A stretch of DNA of 64,000 nt from Mobula hypostoma. Its lineage: Eukaryota. Every line of letters starts with the position of its first letter. The stretch's first letter is position 1. The stretch lies in assembly GCF_963921235.1 (NCBI RefSeq), contig NC_086108.1, positions 92,630,001-92,694,000 of the forward strand. The letters are read 5' to 3'. The translations under genes and the position numbers were made by a program. Under the pieces are notes generated by a model that saw nothing but the letters and a program-made list of their open reading frames with translations, was not told the origin of the DNA and searched no databases. Below are positions 23,986 to 37,160 of the stretch, piece by piece.

Positions 23986-24462
23986 AACATATTTGAACTT
24001 TTAAATTTTTTAAACTTGTCTGTCCCTTTACCATATTGCACTTAGTTAAAAATAACTCTGTGTCAAACTTTTGGTTACTTGCCTTAATATCTGTGTATAC
24101 AGTGCCTATAAAAAGTTCCCCATCCCCAAGAAGTTTTCATGTTTTATTGTTTTACAACATTGAATCACAGTGGATTTAATTTGGCTGCTTTGACACTGAT
24201 CAACAGAAAAAGACTCGTGTCAAAGTGAAAACATCTCTACAATGTGATCTAAATTAAATACAAATGTAAAACACAAAATAATTGTGATTGCTTAAGTATT
24301 CACCCCCTTCAGGTCAGTATTTAGTAGATGCACCTTTGGCAGAAATTACAGCCTTGAGTCTGTGTGGATAGGTCTCTTATCAGCTTTACATATCTGGACA
24401 CTGCAACTTTTCCCCCATTCTTCTTTACAAAACTACGCAAACTCTGTCCAATTGCATGGGAA

Positions 24463-25068
24463 TTATGAGTGAACAGCCCTTTTCAAGTCCAGCCACACAT
24501 TCTCAATTGTATTGAGATCTGGACTTTGATTTGACCACTCCAGGTCATTAACTTTATTGTTTTTAAGCCATTCCTGTGTAACTTTGGCTTTATGCTTCGG
24601 GTCATTGTTTTGCTGGAAAACAAATCTTCTCCCAAGTCGCAGTTCTCTTGCAGACTTTGTCAGATTTTCGTCCAGGATTCCCCTATATTTTGCTGCATTC
24701 ATTTTACCCTCTACATTCTCAAGCCATCCAGGGCCTGCTGCAGTGAAGCATCCCCACAGCATAATGCAGCCACCACCATGCTTCACGGTAGGGATGATAT
24801 GGTTTTTGATGATGTGCTCCATTTGGCTTACACCAAACATAGCACTTGGTCTGATGGCCAAAAAGCTCAATTTTGGTTTCATCAGACCATAGAACCTTCT
24901 TTCAGCTGACTTCAGGGTGTCCACATGCCTTCTGGCAAACTCTAACTGAGATTTCATGTGAATTTTTTTCAACAGTGATTTCCGCTTTGCCACTCTCCCA
25001 TAAAGCTGCAACTGGTGACGCACCCGGGCAACAGTTGCTGTATGCGCAGTCTCTGCCATCTCTGCCAC
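24463..25068 (-). pseudogene. Tc1 DD34E transposase remnant
   Basis: TVKHGGGCIMLWGCF...FVFQQNNDPKH...WSNQSPDLNTIENVW; the usual QQDND is QQNND, plus frameshifts and a CR1 insertion. Confidence 0.88.
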
Positions 25069-25090
25069 TGAAGCTTGTAACTCTTCCAGC

Positions 25091-26247
25091 GGCTACACAT
25101 GCCACACATGAGGCTACATAACAAGATAAGAGCCCATGGAATTAGGGGCAAGTTACATACGTGGATAGAGCATTGGCTGATTGGCAGGAAACAGAGAGTG
25201 GGAATAAAGGGATCCTATTCTGGTTGGCTGTGGTGTGCCACAGGGGTCCATGTTGGGGCCACTTCTTTTTACATTGTACATCAACGATTTGGATTATGGA
25301 ATAGATGGCTTTGTGGCTAAGTTTGCTAATGATATGAAGATAGGGGGAGGGGCCGGTAGTGCTGAGGAAACAGAGAGTCTGCAGAGAGACTTGGATAGAT
25401 TGGAAGAATGGGCAAAGAAGTGGCAAATGAAATACAATCTTGGAAAGTGTATGGTTATGCACTTTGGCAGAAGAAATAAACAGGCAGACTATTATTTAAA
25501 TGGGGAGAGAATTCAAAGTTCTGAGATGCAACAGGACTTGGGAGTCCTCATACAGGATACCCTTAAGGTTAACCTCCAGGTTGAGTCAGTGGTGAAGAAG
25601 GCGAATGCAATGTTGGCATTCATTTCTAGAGGAATAGAGTATAGGAGCAGGGATGTGATGTTGAGGCTCTATAAGGCGCTGGTGGGACCTCACTTGGAGT
25701 ACTGTGGGCATTTTGATCTCCTTATTTAAGAAAGGATGTGCTGATGTTGGAGAGGGTACAGAGAAGATTCACTAGAATGATTCCGGGAATGAGAGGGTTA
25801 ACATATGAGGAACGTTTGTCCGCTCTTGGACTGTATTCCTTGGAGTTTAGAAGAATGAGGGGAGACCTCTTAGAAACATTTTGAATGTTGAAAGGCATGG
25901 ACAGAGTGGATGTGGCAAAGTTGTTTCCCATTATGGGAGAGTCTAGTATGAGAGGGCATGACTTAAGGATTGAAGGGCACCCATTCAGAACAGAAATGCC
26001 AGGAAATTTTTTTAGCCAGAGCGTGGTGAATCTATGGAATTTGTTGCCATGGGTGGCAATGGAGGCCAAGTCATTGGGTGTATTTAAGGCAGAGATTGAT
26101 AGGTATCTGAGTAGCAGGGCATCAAAGGTTATGGTGAGAAGGCAGGGGAGTGGGAGTAAATGGGAGAATGGATCAGCTCATGATAAAATGGCAGAGTAGA
26201 CTCGATGGGCCGAATGGCCGGCTTCTGCTCCTTTGTCTTATGGTCTA
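25091..26247 (+). mobile_element. 5'-truncated CR1 LINE nested in the Tc1
   Basis: ORFs 25235..25729 (PQGSMLGPLLFTLYINDLD...AKFAND) and 25885..26199; (tcttatgg) tail. Confidence 0.9.
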
Positions 26248-26929
26248 GTTGTCATAGGTCTCTTGGTGGCCTTCCTCACTAGTCCTCTTCTTGCACAGTC
26301 ATTCAGTTTTTGAGGACAGCCTTCTCTCGGCCAATTTACAACTGTGCAATATTCTTTCCATTTCTTGACGATTGACTAAACTGTACTCTAAGGGACATTC
26401 AATGATTTAGAAATTTTCTTGTATCCATCTCCTAACTTGTGCTTTTTAATAACCTTTTCGCTTAGAGTGTTCTTTTGCCTTTGTGGTGTAGTTTTTGCCA
26501 GGATACTGACTCACCAGCAGTTGGACCTTCCAGATACAGGTGTATTTTTTACAATGATCAGTTGAAACACCTTGACTGCACACAGGTCTATATATAGCTA
26601 GGACACCTTAACTAATTACGTGACTTCTAAAACTAATTGACTGCAACAGTGATGATATGGTGTGTCATATAAAAAGGGGGTGAGAACTTATGCAATCTAT
26701 TATTTTGTGTTTTATATTTGTAATCAATTTAGTTCACTTTGCAGAGATCTGTTTTCACTTTGGCAAGACGGAGTCTGTTTTCTACTGATCATTGTCAAAA
26801 AAGGTGAATAAATCCACTGTGATTCAATGTGGTAAAGCAATAAAACATGAAAACTTTCAAGGGAGTGAATACTTTTTATAGGCACTGCAAACTTCCATAA
26901 ACCACAAGTTAAAGGTAGGAGAAAATTTA

Positions 26930-27353
26930 TGGATCAGAATGGGGAAGAAATGTGAACTAAGTGATTTTTGATTGTGGAATGATTGTTGGCGCCAGTTGGG
27001 GTGGTTTGAGTATCTCAGAACCTGCTGATCTGGGATTTTTACACATAACAGTCTGTAGAGTTTACAGAGAGCAGTGTGAAAAACAACAAAAAAAAATTTA
27101 ATTGGCAGTTCTGTGGGCAAAAACGCTTTGTTAATGGAAAAGATCAGAGAAGAATGACCAGACCTGTTCAAGCTGACTTGAAAGCAACAGTAACTCAAAT
27201 AGCCATATGTTACAACCATGGTGTGCAAAAGAGCATCTCTGAATGCACAACATGTCAAACCTTGAAGTGGATGGGCTACACAGCCGAAGACCACAAGCGT
27301 ACATTTAGTGGCCAATTTATTACCTCCTATAGCTATAAAGTAGCCACTGAGTG
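26930..27353 (+). mobile_element. Partial copy of the 3219-3759 Tc1-derived MITE family
   Basis: Similar to 3350-3759; right TIR ataaagtagccactgagtg followed by TA. Confidence 0.75.
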
Positions 27354-29208
27354 TAGTCAATTAACACAGAAAGAGATCCTTCAGCCTGTCAAGTCCATAC
27401 TGACCAATAAACACACTTTTACACAAGCCCTACACTGTTCCCATTTAACACTCTCTACAATCATATCAACACCCCCCCAACTCCCGCCCACCCCAGATTC
27501 TACCACTCACACACACATTAAGGACAATTTAAAATGACCAATTAACCTGCCAACCTGCACACCTCTGTTATGTGGGGGGAAAACCACAGAAGAACATGCA
27601 AACTCCACACAGTCAGCACTGGAGGTCAGGATTGAACCATTCCTTTGTTCTGAACTGACCTGGAATATGTGGTCAAATGTCAGCGTGGACTTGAAACCAA
27701 AACCTTTAGGCTGTTAGAGAAGGTTGGGACCACTGAATGAAAGGAATCAAAGGGAGGCTAAATATATTCTGAGCGGGTGTGAAGAGGTTTGGCACAGTCC
27801 AGAGCTTCATGGATGATGATAGAAGTTAAAGAAAATACAAAATTTAAGAAGGAGTCATAGGATAAAGGGAAGGCTGCTGGGATGGAAGAAGAGAGAAGTG
27901 GAAAGTAAAGTGTTCTCTAGAGATTGGGGTTCCAATTACAAGCAGGTTGCAGGAATCATTAGGAAAGATTAATTAAAATGTAGAACATAGTACTACTGCA
28001 CAGTACAGGTCCTTTGGCCCACAATGTTGTGTCGGCCTTTTAACTTACTCTAAGATCAATCTAACCATTTGCTCCTACATAGCCCTCCATTTTTTCTATC
28101 ATCCAAGTGATGACAGAGTTTCTTAAGTGCCCCTAATGTATCTGCCTGTGTCACCACCCTTAGCAAAGCATTTCATGCACTAACCACTCCCCGTGCAAAA
28201 AACCTACCTCTGGCATGCCCCAAACCTTCCTCCACTCACTTTAAATTAGCCATTTCTGCCCTGGGAAAAAGTCAATCCACGCAATCTGTGCCTCTTATCA
28301 TCTATGATAAGATTAACTAGAAGAATACCAGACAAAAGACGAGCTATGATACTCAGGTGAAAATGCAGATAAGCAGAAAATATCAAAGAAACAAATTCTG
28401 AACGCGTTTTTAGTGGGTAAATAATCAAAGTTCATTCATTGGTAAATCAGTAACTAATTAAGTAAAAACAGGACTATGGATAATTTTCAAACAAAATGCT
28501 ATTAATAGCCTGCACTTAGGTTGCTGTTGAAACCAAATGTGGTGTAGTCATAGCTGAACTGGTCTACATTGTCTCCTGATTCGGACAGGTATGGGTTCAT
28601 GATACATCTTGGACATTTGAACCAATAGCCTTCTTTGTCTCTTGGCTGAGGGAGTGTTAGATGAGTTGCACTTTGGAGAAGATATTGGACCAACCACTAT
28701 ATCAAGGGTGGTGCAAGCAATGAAACATTATCTATGCACTTTGAGGGACTTCACTGAAGGTAGATTGGTTGCAGCATTTCCTATCTTGCAGCACTTAAGT
28801 ACATTTTAAAGATTTTTTTAGCTGTAAATGGCTTTGGGTGTCTTGGAATTTGAAAGACATTCTATAAGTACAACCAGCTTCAGACTGGAACTAGCCAGAG
28901 AGTGGCGAACCTGTGGGATGCTCTGCCACAGACTGTGATGGAGTCCAAGTCCATGGATGTATTTGAGGCAGAGATTCATCATTTCCTGATCGATCAGAGC
29001 ATCAAGGGATATGGCAAGAAAGCAGGTGTACGGAGCTGAGTGGGATCCGGGCTCAGACATGATGGAATGGCAAAGCAGACTCGATGGGATGAATGGCCTA
29101 ATTCTGCTCCTATGTCTTACGGTCTTATGTCAATCAGAGAATTTAAGTGAGAGTTAGATGATAATGAAAACGATCACAAATGGGACAGAGCAAACTATTA
29201 TTGGAATA

Positions 29209-29339
29209 CAAACCAGAGAAAATTTACTGATGCTGGAAATCCAAGCAACAAACACCAAATGCTGGAGGATCTCAGCAGGCCAGGCAGCATCCATGGAAAA
29301 AAGTACAGTCAATGGTTTGGGCAGAGACCTCGTGTGTTG
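29209..29339 (-). mobile_element. Miniature fold-back PLE terminal insertion with 14-bp TSD
   Basis: Tailed minus arm plus inverted stub gtgtgttg; CTATTATTGGAATA at 29195-29208 and 29340-29353. Confidence 0.82.
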
Positions 29340-29549
29340 CTATTATTGGAATAGCTAGTTCCAGTCTGGAGCTGTCATATATAATGTGATGAATAGTCAT
29401 CTTTGCTAAATGTCATTCTAAGGTTTATCATTGGTAGAATTGCTTATAAATTCCATTCACTTTTACATGGCTGACAGGTAGGAAGGAAGAAGCAAAGAAC
29501 AGACTTGAGATACCTAGTACTTCGTGAGCAAGTTACAATGATAGCTCTA

Positions 29550-30270
29550 TTGGATCAGGAAGAGTAAGATGAGGGAACACACACCAGTCCCCATAGACGG
29601 ATCAGAAGTGGAGAGAGCGAGCAATTTCAAGCTCCTTGGTGTTACTCGCTCAGAGGATCTAACCTGAACCCAATATATCGATGCAGCTATAAAGAAGATA
29701 AGACAGCGGCTATATTTCATTAGGAGTTTGAGGAGATCTGCTATGTAACCTAAAACACTCACAAATTTCTATAGATGTACTGGCGGAGAGCATTTTAACA
29801 GGCTACATCACCATCTGATATGTGGGGGCTACTGCACAGGACTGAAATAAGCTACAGGGGGTTGTGAACTCAGTCAGCTCCATCATGGGCACTAGCCTCC
29901 ACAGTATCCAAGGTATCTTCAAGGAGCGGTGCCTCAAAAAATCGGCTTCCATCAGCAAGTAACCCCACCACCCAAGTCATGCCCCCTTCTCATTATTACC
30001 ATCAGGACGAAGGTACAGAAGCCTGAAGGCACAGACTCGACGATTCAGGAACAGCTTCTTCCCATCTGCCATCCAATTTCTGAATGGACATTGAACCGAT
30101 GAACGCTACCTCATTACTTTTTTATTTCTGCTTTTGTACTACTTATTTAATTAGACTGTTTAATATGTATACTTACTATAATTCAAGCTTTTATATATAT
30201 ATTATATATTGCATTATACGCAAATTTCACGACACATGCTGATGATATTAAACCTGATTGTGATTCCGAA
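29550..30270 (+). mobile_element. Rex1/Babar-like LINE 3' fragment
   Basis: Homologous to 35740-36260 and 41200-42060; ends gatattaaacctgatt. Confidence 0.75.
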
Positions 30271-30839
30271 GATATCACTAACAGATCATAAATACTGCAA
30301 CTGCAGAAGTTTCTGTTTTTAATACTCATACGTTAAATTCTTCTCATGTACACCAGTGCCATCCTAAAAATAGCAGAGTGAAGTGAAATGTGAGCACATT
30401 AAACAATTGTGTGTGAAAGTTCCTGATTGGAAGGTGATCTCTTTCATGCAATGGTTCCATGAAATATTACTTGATTACTGCCCTAGTCCCATGCTTGAAG
30501 GCTCATACTTCACACAGCCACTGGCAGGGTGACAATAGAGTGCAAAAATTCCCAAGAGGGTCAAGACTTCTTCAGATATCAAGTAAATTCATTCTATGTT
30601 TATGCTTTTTAAAAATTAACAGAAAAGAGCTTATGTGATGATTGTAAAGTACCACATCTTAAGTAAGGGTTATCAGGGTGCCATTAAATGCTAATTTCCT
30701 AATTATTTTCAAAATAAAGATGAACTTTGTTGTGAAAAATATGACCATTAGAAAAATTAGTAAAATGAAAGTTTTGAAAATTGGGTAACAAGACAAGTCA
30801 AGCACCCTGGTGAAGAAGCCATTGAAATTTTCAGCATGG

Positions 30840-31033
30840 TGTGGCGGCTCGCCCACGCAGCAAGCGAACCGGCTCCAGCAGTCGTCGGCACACCCGCAGC
30901 CAGCGACAACCGAGAGGAATCTGAGTACGGGGCAGACCTCGGCCCCGGAGGCCGACATCACTTCCGCCCCACAGAGAGCAGGGGTTGCTGGGAGCGGGTA
31001 CTTAAGCGCTCGTAGCATATCAGCGCGACTACA
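30840..31033. mobile_element. Very short (194 bp) CpG-rich candidate solo LTR
   Basis: TGTGG...CTACA termini, 4-bp TSD ATGG (30836-30839, 31034-31037). Confidence 0.65.
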
Positions 31034-31882
31034 ATGGAAGCATATCCTTTGGCCTATCAAATCCATGGGAAAGCTTTTCATAAGTCCCACACTAAACACA
31101 TCTTATTCACCTGATGTTCACATCAGCTAATCCCAGAGTCCGCTACTCACCTACAGAGCAGGGAAATTTTACAGGAGCCAATTATCCTACTTTGGGATGT
31201 GGAAGGAAACCGGAACACTCAGAGAAAGCCCATTCAATAACATGATATTGCACAAATTCCGCACAGACAGGATTGAACCCAATTCACTGGAGATGTGGGG
31301 TAACAGCTCTACCAACTGTGCCTGTTTAAGTGTTGGTAATTTAAAAAAATTCTGTGTCCTGACGAAGATTATGTGATTAACTATATTGAATGCTGGTAGA
31401 TATTTGTGTGTTAGTGAAATTAGAGGCAATGGGGACTGGGCAGGAAGATGAAGTTGAGGCCAAAGCTCACCTCAACCATTATCTGAATGAAAATCAGCGC
31501 AGGTTGGAGGGGCCAAGTGGCCTTCCCCAACCCTATCTATTATGTTTTCACATTGATTCAAGATCTTATGCTGCAGGATGTTTGACGATGATACATTCTA
31601 AGTTTCTCATTCTTCATGACAGAAAACACAGAAAATACCTTCCATCCCATCAGCCTACACATTGAACACATTATCCTCCACAACATCTACCATCTCCAAA
31701 GGGATCCTACAACTAAACATACCTCTACTTCCTCATTCCGCTTTCAGCAGGAATCACTTCCTCCACAATTCTTTGTTCTCCAGCCCTTGATCTTCCCCCA
31801 CCTCACCCCAGCTGGCTTCACCCATCACCTTCCAGCTAGCCTCTTTTCCCTTCCCCCACCTTTTTATCCTGGCATTTTCCCA

Positions 31883-33337
31883 CTTCCTTCTCAGTCCTGA
31901 GGAAGGGTCTCGGCCCGAAGTGTTGACTGTTCATTCTTTTCCATAGATGCTGCCTGACCTGCTGAGTCCCTCCAGCGTGTTGTGAGTGTTGCAGCAAATA
32001 AATAGGTTATGAAACAATTTACGCTGCTATACACTAGGTTCATTAAATTATGCATATGGATTTAAGGCTTCACTTCAAGTACATTATAAGTAGCAGAATG
32101 AATATTTACGCTGGGAAATTAAACAGTAACAATTAAAACAAGCATATACTGTAAGTACTTCTGCGTTTGTCAATTGTTCCTGTTTCGTACCCCGTAACTG
32201 GGTTGCCAAACCAGCAGAAATGGATCACTCAGTTGGAGTTTGGAGTACTAGAACTAAGAAAGTTTTATTAAAGAAACAAGCAGCACAGTAATCGAAAGGA
32301 TAATAAATGCAACAGTTCAGCGATTATAAACACACGTGCACAAAATTAAGATAACAGCATCAATCAAGCTTTATCGTTGTCTAGGGGTAAATGACCAAAT
32401 TTCAAAGTGACTCAAAGTTCAGTCCAGTTTAGTAGTTCAGTTCGCAGTAATCGTTTCCATGGCGATGGACAACGTGGGAGAAGAGAGAGAGGGAACAGGA
32501 ACAACTGATCATTCAGACACGGCTTCACTCACAGACCGGCGATATGGCTCCCAAGCAGCTTTTGGGCAGGTCCTTGGTGATGTCACCTGAGGTCACCGAC
32601 CGTGACCCCTCCTCCAGATGCGGCCGATCCTCTGCAGTGAACCCAGCACCCAGGCAAGGGCGGACACACACCGGGTTCCCGCTGATCGTACCTTTCCACC
32701 CTGGCCGTTGTCTGGTACTTCCCACCGACTCGTGAGAGGCGCACCGCTTCCAGGGTCTCGTTACCTCGGGTGGCGTGTGTGTCCTGCCTTAGCGAACCGG
32801 TCCCTTTTTATCCCCCTGCTGGGGTATTGCCTGTCCATCACTTCAAACAGTTCAAGGTTCAAAGGGGGGAGCCGCTCCAGACAGCTCTCTCTCCCCTGTC
32901 CCTTCATTACACATCTCTAGACGCTGCTCCATTGTTCCTTATCTCTCCTTCCCCTGAGGGCAGGTGGCAGACCACTTGCTGATGTCACTGATGCTAACCC
33001 AGGCCAGCAAACATCTTAATTTTATGTGTATTCTCGTCTCTTCCTTCTCAGTCCTGAGGAAGGGTCTCGGCTCGAAGTGTTGACTGTTCATTCTTTTCCA
33101 TAGATGCTGCCTGACCTGCTGAGTCCCTCCAGCGTGTTGTGAGTGTTGCAGCAAATAAATAGGTTATGAAACAATTTACGCTGCTATACACTAGGTTCAT
33201 TAAATTATGCATATGGATTTAAGGCTTCACTTCAAGTACATTATAAGTAGCAGAATGAATATTTACGCTGGGAAATTAAACAGTAGCAACTAAAACAAGC
33301 ATATACTGTAAGTACTTATGCGTTTGTCAATTGTTCC
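31883..33337 (+). repeat. 298-bp direct duplication (31883-32180 and 33040-33337) flanking a solo LTR
   Basis: Both copies run cttccttctcagtcctgagg...caattgttcc; about 4 substitutions seen by eye. Confidence 0.92.
32181..33039 (-). mobile_element. Solo LTR, same family as 10669-11604, with a non-canonical right end
   Basis: Starts TGTTTCGTACCCCG, colinear with the first copy, ends ...ttctcgtct instead of ...ttctcgtcaca. Confidence 0.88.
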
Positions 33338-33789
33338 ACAAAACATTAGCGCACATTAAGTTCATTGCTGCTCCCCCATGTCTACAGTACATTTATAACT
33401 TGCACATTTATTAAACACAAACTTATTTTCTTTTAAAAGAAATTAAATGACTGTGCACAATTATTTACACATTTGAAAGGTCCCTTACTTCCAGATTGTG
33501 CTAATGAAGCTGGAAAAAAATCGTGAAAGCAGACTATTCATCATGGTGATGTAAAATTTCCAACCTCCACTTAGGGCCTTCTGGATCCTGTTCCCAAATC
33601 ACAGGGATGAAGTAATTAGAATAGAGGTCTGGGTTTTCCTGTAAAATGTCAGCAGTGTAAGTGTAAGATATTGTGAACTTCCTGTTTAGCATTGACGTGG
33701 GTTTTGTTGACAATGCTCTATTAGTGAACCTGCTTCAACATGCTATCATTTAATGTGACGTGTCTGTTTTCAGACATCTCTGGCAAATG

Positions 33790-36290
33790 TAGCCCCTGGA
33801 AAAATAAAATTGCAGACCTCAGAGCAAGATTGCAGTACCAGAGAGACATCAGGGACTGTACTTTGCTTCACGGAAACACGGTTAACCTTTGCCATTTTGG
33901 GCGCAGTGCCGCTGCCCTCTGGTATCACCATTCTCCACAAAGACTTGTTTGTTCCGTTTTTTAACAACAGAAGAGGGGAGTAGGCTTTGTGGTTAATTCA
34001 TTGTCATATATATGTGACAGATCTGTCTCAATCCTGCTCATCCAGTCTGGAGTATCTAGCAGTCAAGTGCCGTCCATTTTATCTGCCAAGGGAATTTTCC
34101 ACCACATCCTAGTAGCAGTCTACATTCCACCTCAGGCTAGTATCAGGCAGGCACTGGAGGAGCTGAGCACCATGATCAGCCATCACGAAACAGCACACCC
34201 AGATGCTGTCCCTATCATTGTGGGGCTTTTCAACCAGGCCAGCCTGAAGAAGTCTCTGAACAGCTATCACCAATATATCACCTGTGGAACTAGAGGAGCC
34301 AACAGACTTGACCGCTGTTATATCACCACGAAGAACGCTTACCGTGCCATCCCATGCCTGCACTTTGGAAAGCCCAATTACCTGGCTGTATTTGCTCATA
34401 GTGTATAGGCAGAGATGAAAGACTGCAGCACCAGTGGTGAGGACCAAGGAGGTATGGTCAAGGGAGGCAGACGAGTTCTTACGGGGTTAGGTTGAGTCGG
34501 TGGACTGGACGATATGCAGGGATTCATCCTCGGATCTGAATGAATACACCACAGTTGTCACCAACTTCTGTGGACGACTGTTTGCCTCCAAGAACATACT
34601 GGACATACCCAAATCAAAATCCATGGACAAACTAGGAAATCCGTAGCCTGCTGAGGGCTAAGTCTGTGGCATTCAAGACCAATGATCCAGAACTATACAA
34701 GAAGTCCAGTTACGGCCTACAGAAGGCTATTGTAAAAGTGAAAACAATTCCGATTGAATTTCGTGATGGAATCAGATGCACACCAGTTCCAGCAGTGTTT
34801 GCAGGCCATTACTTCAAAACCTAACATCTTGAATGTCTGTGATGCTTCACTTCCAGATGAGCTCAACACCTTTTATGTCTGCTTTAAAAGGAAGAATAAA
34901 ACTACATCTGTGCAAATCCCTGCAGCATCTGGTTCACCCTGTGATCTCTGTCTCGGATGCTGATGTCAGAACATAAGGGTAAACCCTCACGAAGTGACAG
35001 GCCCTGATGGTATACCTGGGTAAGGAACTGAAAACCTGTACCTATCAACTGGCTGCAGTGCTCAAAGACATCTTCAATCTCTCACTGCTATAGGTAGAGG
35101 TTCCCATCTGCTTCAAATGGGTGGCAAATGTACCAGTGCCCAAGAAGAGCAGGGTGAGCTGCCTCAACGATTAGTGCCCAGTGGCAGTCACATCTATTGT
35201 GATGAAGTGCTTTGAGAGGTTGGTCAAAACTCCTGCCTTAGCAAAGACGTGGACATGCTACAATTTGCCTATTGCCACAATGTATCTATAGCGGACACTA
35301 TCTCACTGGCTCTCCACTTTGCCTTGGATCTTGTGGACAACAGTAATACCAACATCAGGCTGCTGTTTGTTGATTCCAGCTCGAAGTTCAACAGCATCGT
35401 ACACTCAGTACTATTCAACAAGTTCCAAAACCTGGGCCTCCGTACCTCCCTCTGCAAACTGGATTCTTGACTTCCTCGTCAGTATACCACAGTCAGTGTA
35501 GATTGGAAATAACATCTCCTCACTGACACACCTCAAGGATGCATGTTTGGCCCACTGCTCTACTCTTTCTACACCCACTACTGTGTGGCTAGGCACAGCT
35601 CAGACGCCATCTACAAACTTGCTAATGGCCCTACTATTGATGCCAGCATTTCAAATGGTGATGTTTCAGTTGGTTAATTGCTGTTGAAACAACAACCTTG
35701 CACTTAATGTCAGTAAGACCAAGGAATTGATTGTGGACTTCAGGAAAGGTAAGATGAAAGAACACACGTCAGTCCTCATTGAAGGATCCGAAGTGAGCAA
35801 TGAGTATTTTCAAGTTGCTGGCTGTCAATGTCTCTAAGGATCTATCTCAGGTCCAACAGTTATAAAGAAGACATGACAGTGGCTATACGTCATTAGGAGT
35901 TTGAGGAGATGGGGTATATCAACATAGGCTCTCACAGATTTCTATAGATGCACCATGGAGAGCATTCTAACTGGTTACCTCACTACCTGGTATGCAGGGG
36001 CCACTGCGCAGGATCGGAAAGAGCTGCAGAAAGTTACAAACTCAGCCAAGTCCGTCATGGGCAATAGCCTACCCAGCACCGAGGACATTTTCAAAAGGCA
36101 ATGCCTCAAAAAGGTAGCACCCATCATTAAGGGTCTCCATTGCCGAAAATACTTCTTCTTCTCATTGCTACCAGCAAGGAGGTAGCCTGAAAACACACAC
36201 TCAAAGTTTTACGAACAGCTGCTTTCCTTCTGCCATCAGATTTCTGAATGGTCAATGAACTCTACCTCACTTTTTTTTCTTATTTTGTTT
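33790..36290 (+). mobile_element. Long degenerate Rex1/Babar-like LINE (APE and RT)
   Basis: ILVAVYIPPQA...FNQASLK...CGTRGANRLDRCY (APE); LQFAYCHN...IRLLFVDSSSKFNSI (RT); ESILTGYLTTWY. Confidence 0.85.
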
Positions 36291-37160
36291 TCAAAGTTCA
36301 AAAGTTTGAAGTAAATTTTATTATCAAACTATATATATGTTATCACATTCAATCCTGTGATCCATTGTCCTGTGGGCATACTCTGCAAATCTATAGCAAA
36401 TCAGTGAAAGATCAACCAGAGTGCAAAAGACGACAAACTGCAAATGCAAATATGGATAATTAGCAATAAATAATGGGAACAAGAGATAATGAGATAAAGA
36501 GTCCTTAAAGTGAGATCATTGGTTGTGGGAACATTTCAGTGATGGGGGAAGTGAATGTAGTTATCCCCTTTGTTCAAAAGCCTGACGGTTGAGGGGTAGT
36601 AATTGTTCTTGACCCTGGTGTGGCAAATCCTGAGGCTCTTGTACCTTCTAACTGATGGCACCAGTGAGAGGAGAGCATGACCTGGGTGGTGGGGATCTCT
36701 GATGATGGATGCTGCTTTCCTATGATAGCCTTTCAGTAGATGAGCTCAATGGTTGAGAGGGCTTTACCCGTGATGTACCGGGCTGATGTAGGATTTTCCA
36801 TTGAAAGGCATTGGTGCTTCCATAGCAGGCCATGATGCAGGCAGTCAATACACACTCCACTACACATCAATAGAAGTTTGTCAAAATCTTAGATGTCATA
36901 CTAAGTGTCCAGAGACTCCTAAGGAAGTAGAAACACTGCCATGCTTTATTCACAATTGCACTTGAATGCTGGGTCCAGAACAGGTCCTCTGAAATAGTAT
37001 TACCCAGGAATTTAAATCTGCTAACCCTCTCCACCTCTGATCCTCTGATGAGGACTGGCTCATGGACCTCTGGTTTCGTTCTCCTGAAGACTATAATCAG
37101 TTCCTTGGCCTTGCTGATATTGAATTCACCATTCAGCTGAATCTTCAATCTTCCTCCTGT
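36290..37160 (-). mobile_element. Rex1/Babar-like LINE 3' fragment
   Basis: ORF 36867..37148 (NISKAKELII...FKFLGNTISEDL...YFLRSL); aaagttca tail. Confidence 0.8.

Larger units (their letters stand above)
24100..26887 (-). mobile_element. Tc1-family DNA transposon with long (~210 bp) IR/DR-type TIRs, interrupted by a CR1
   Basis: cagtgcctataaaaagt... / ...actttttataggcactg termini; inner repeat taagtattcaccccc near 24293 mirrored near 26675; left flank TA, right flank CA. Confidence 0.9.

Noticed and set aside
30659..31130. CpG island with ORFs as a possible first exon of a neighbouring gene (for example CNN3, adjacent to ALG14 in mammals)
   Set aside because: No calponin-like N-terminus is visible, and the GC-rich part is bounded exactly by TG...CA and a 4-bp TSD
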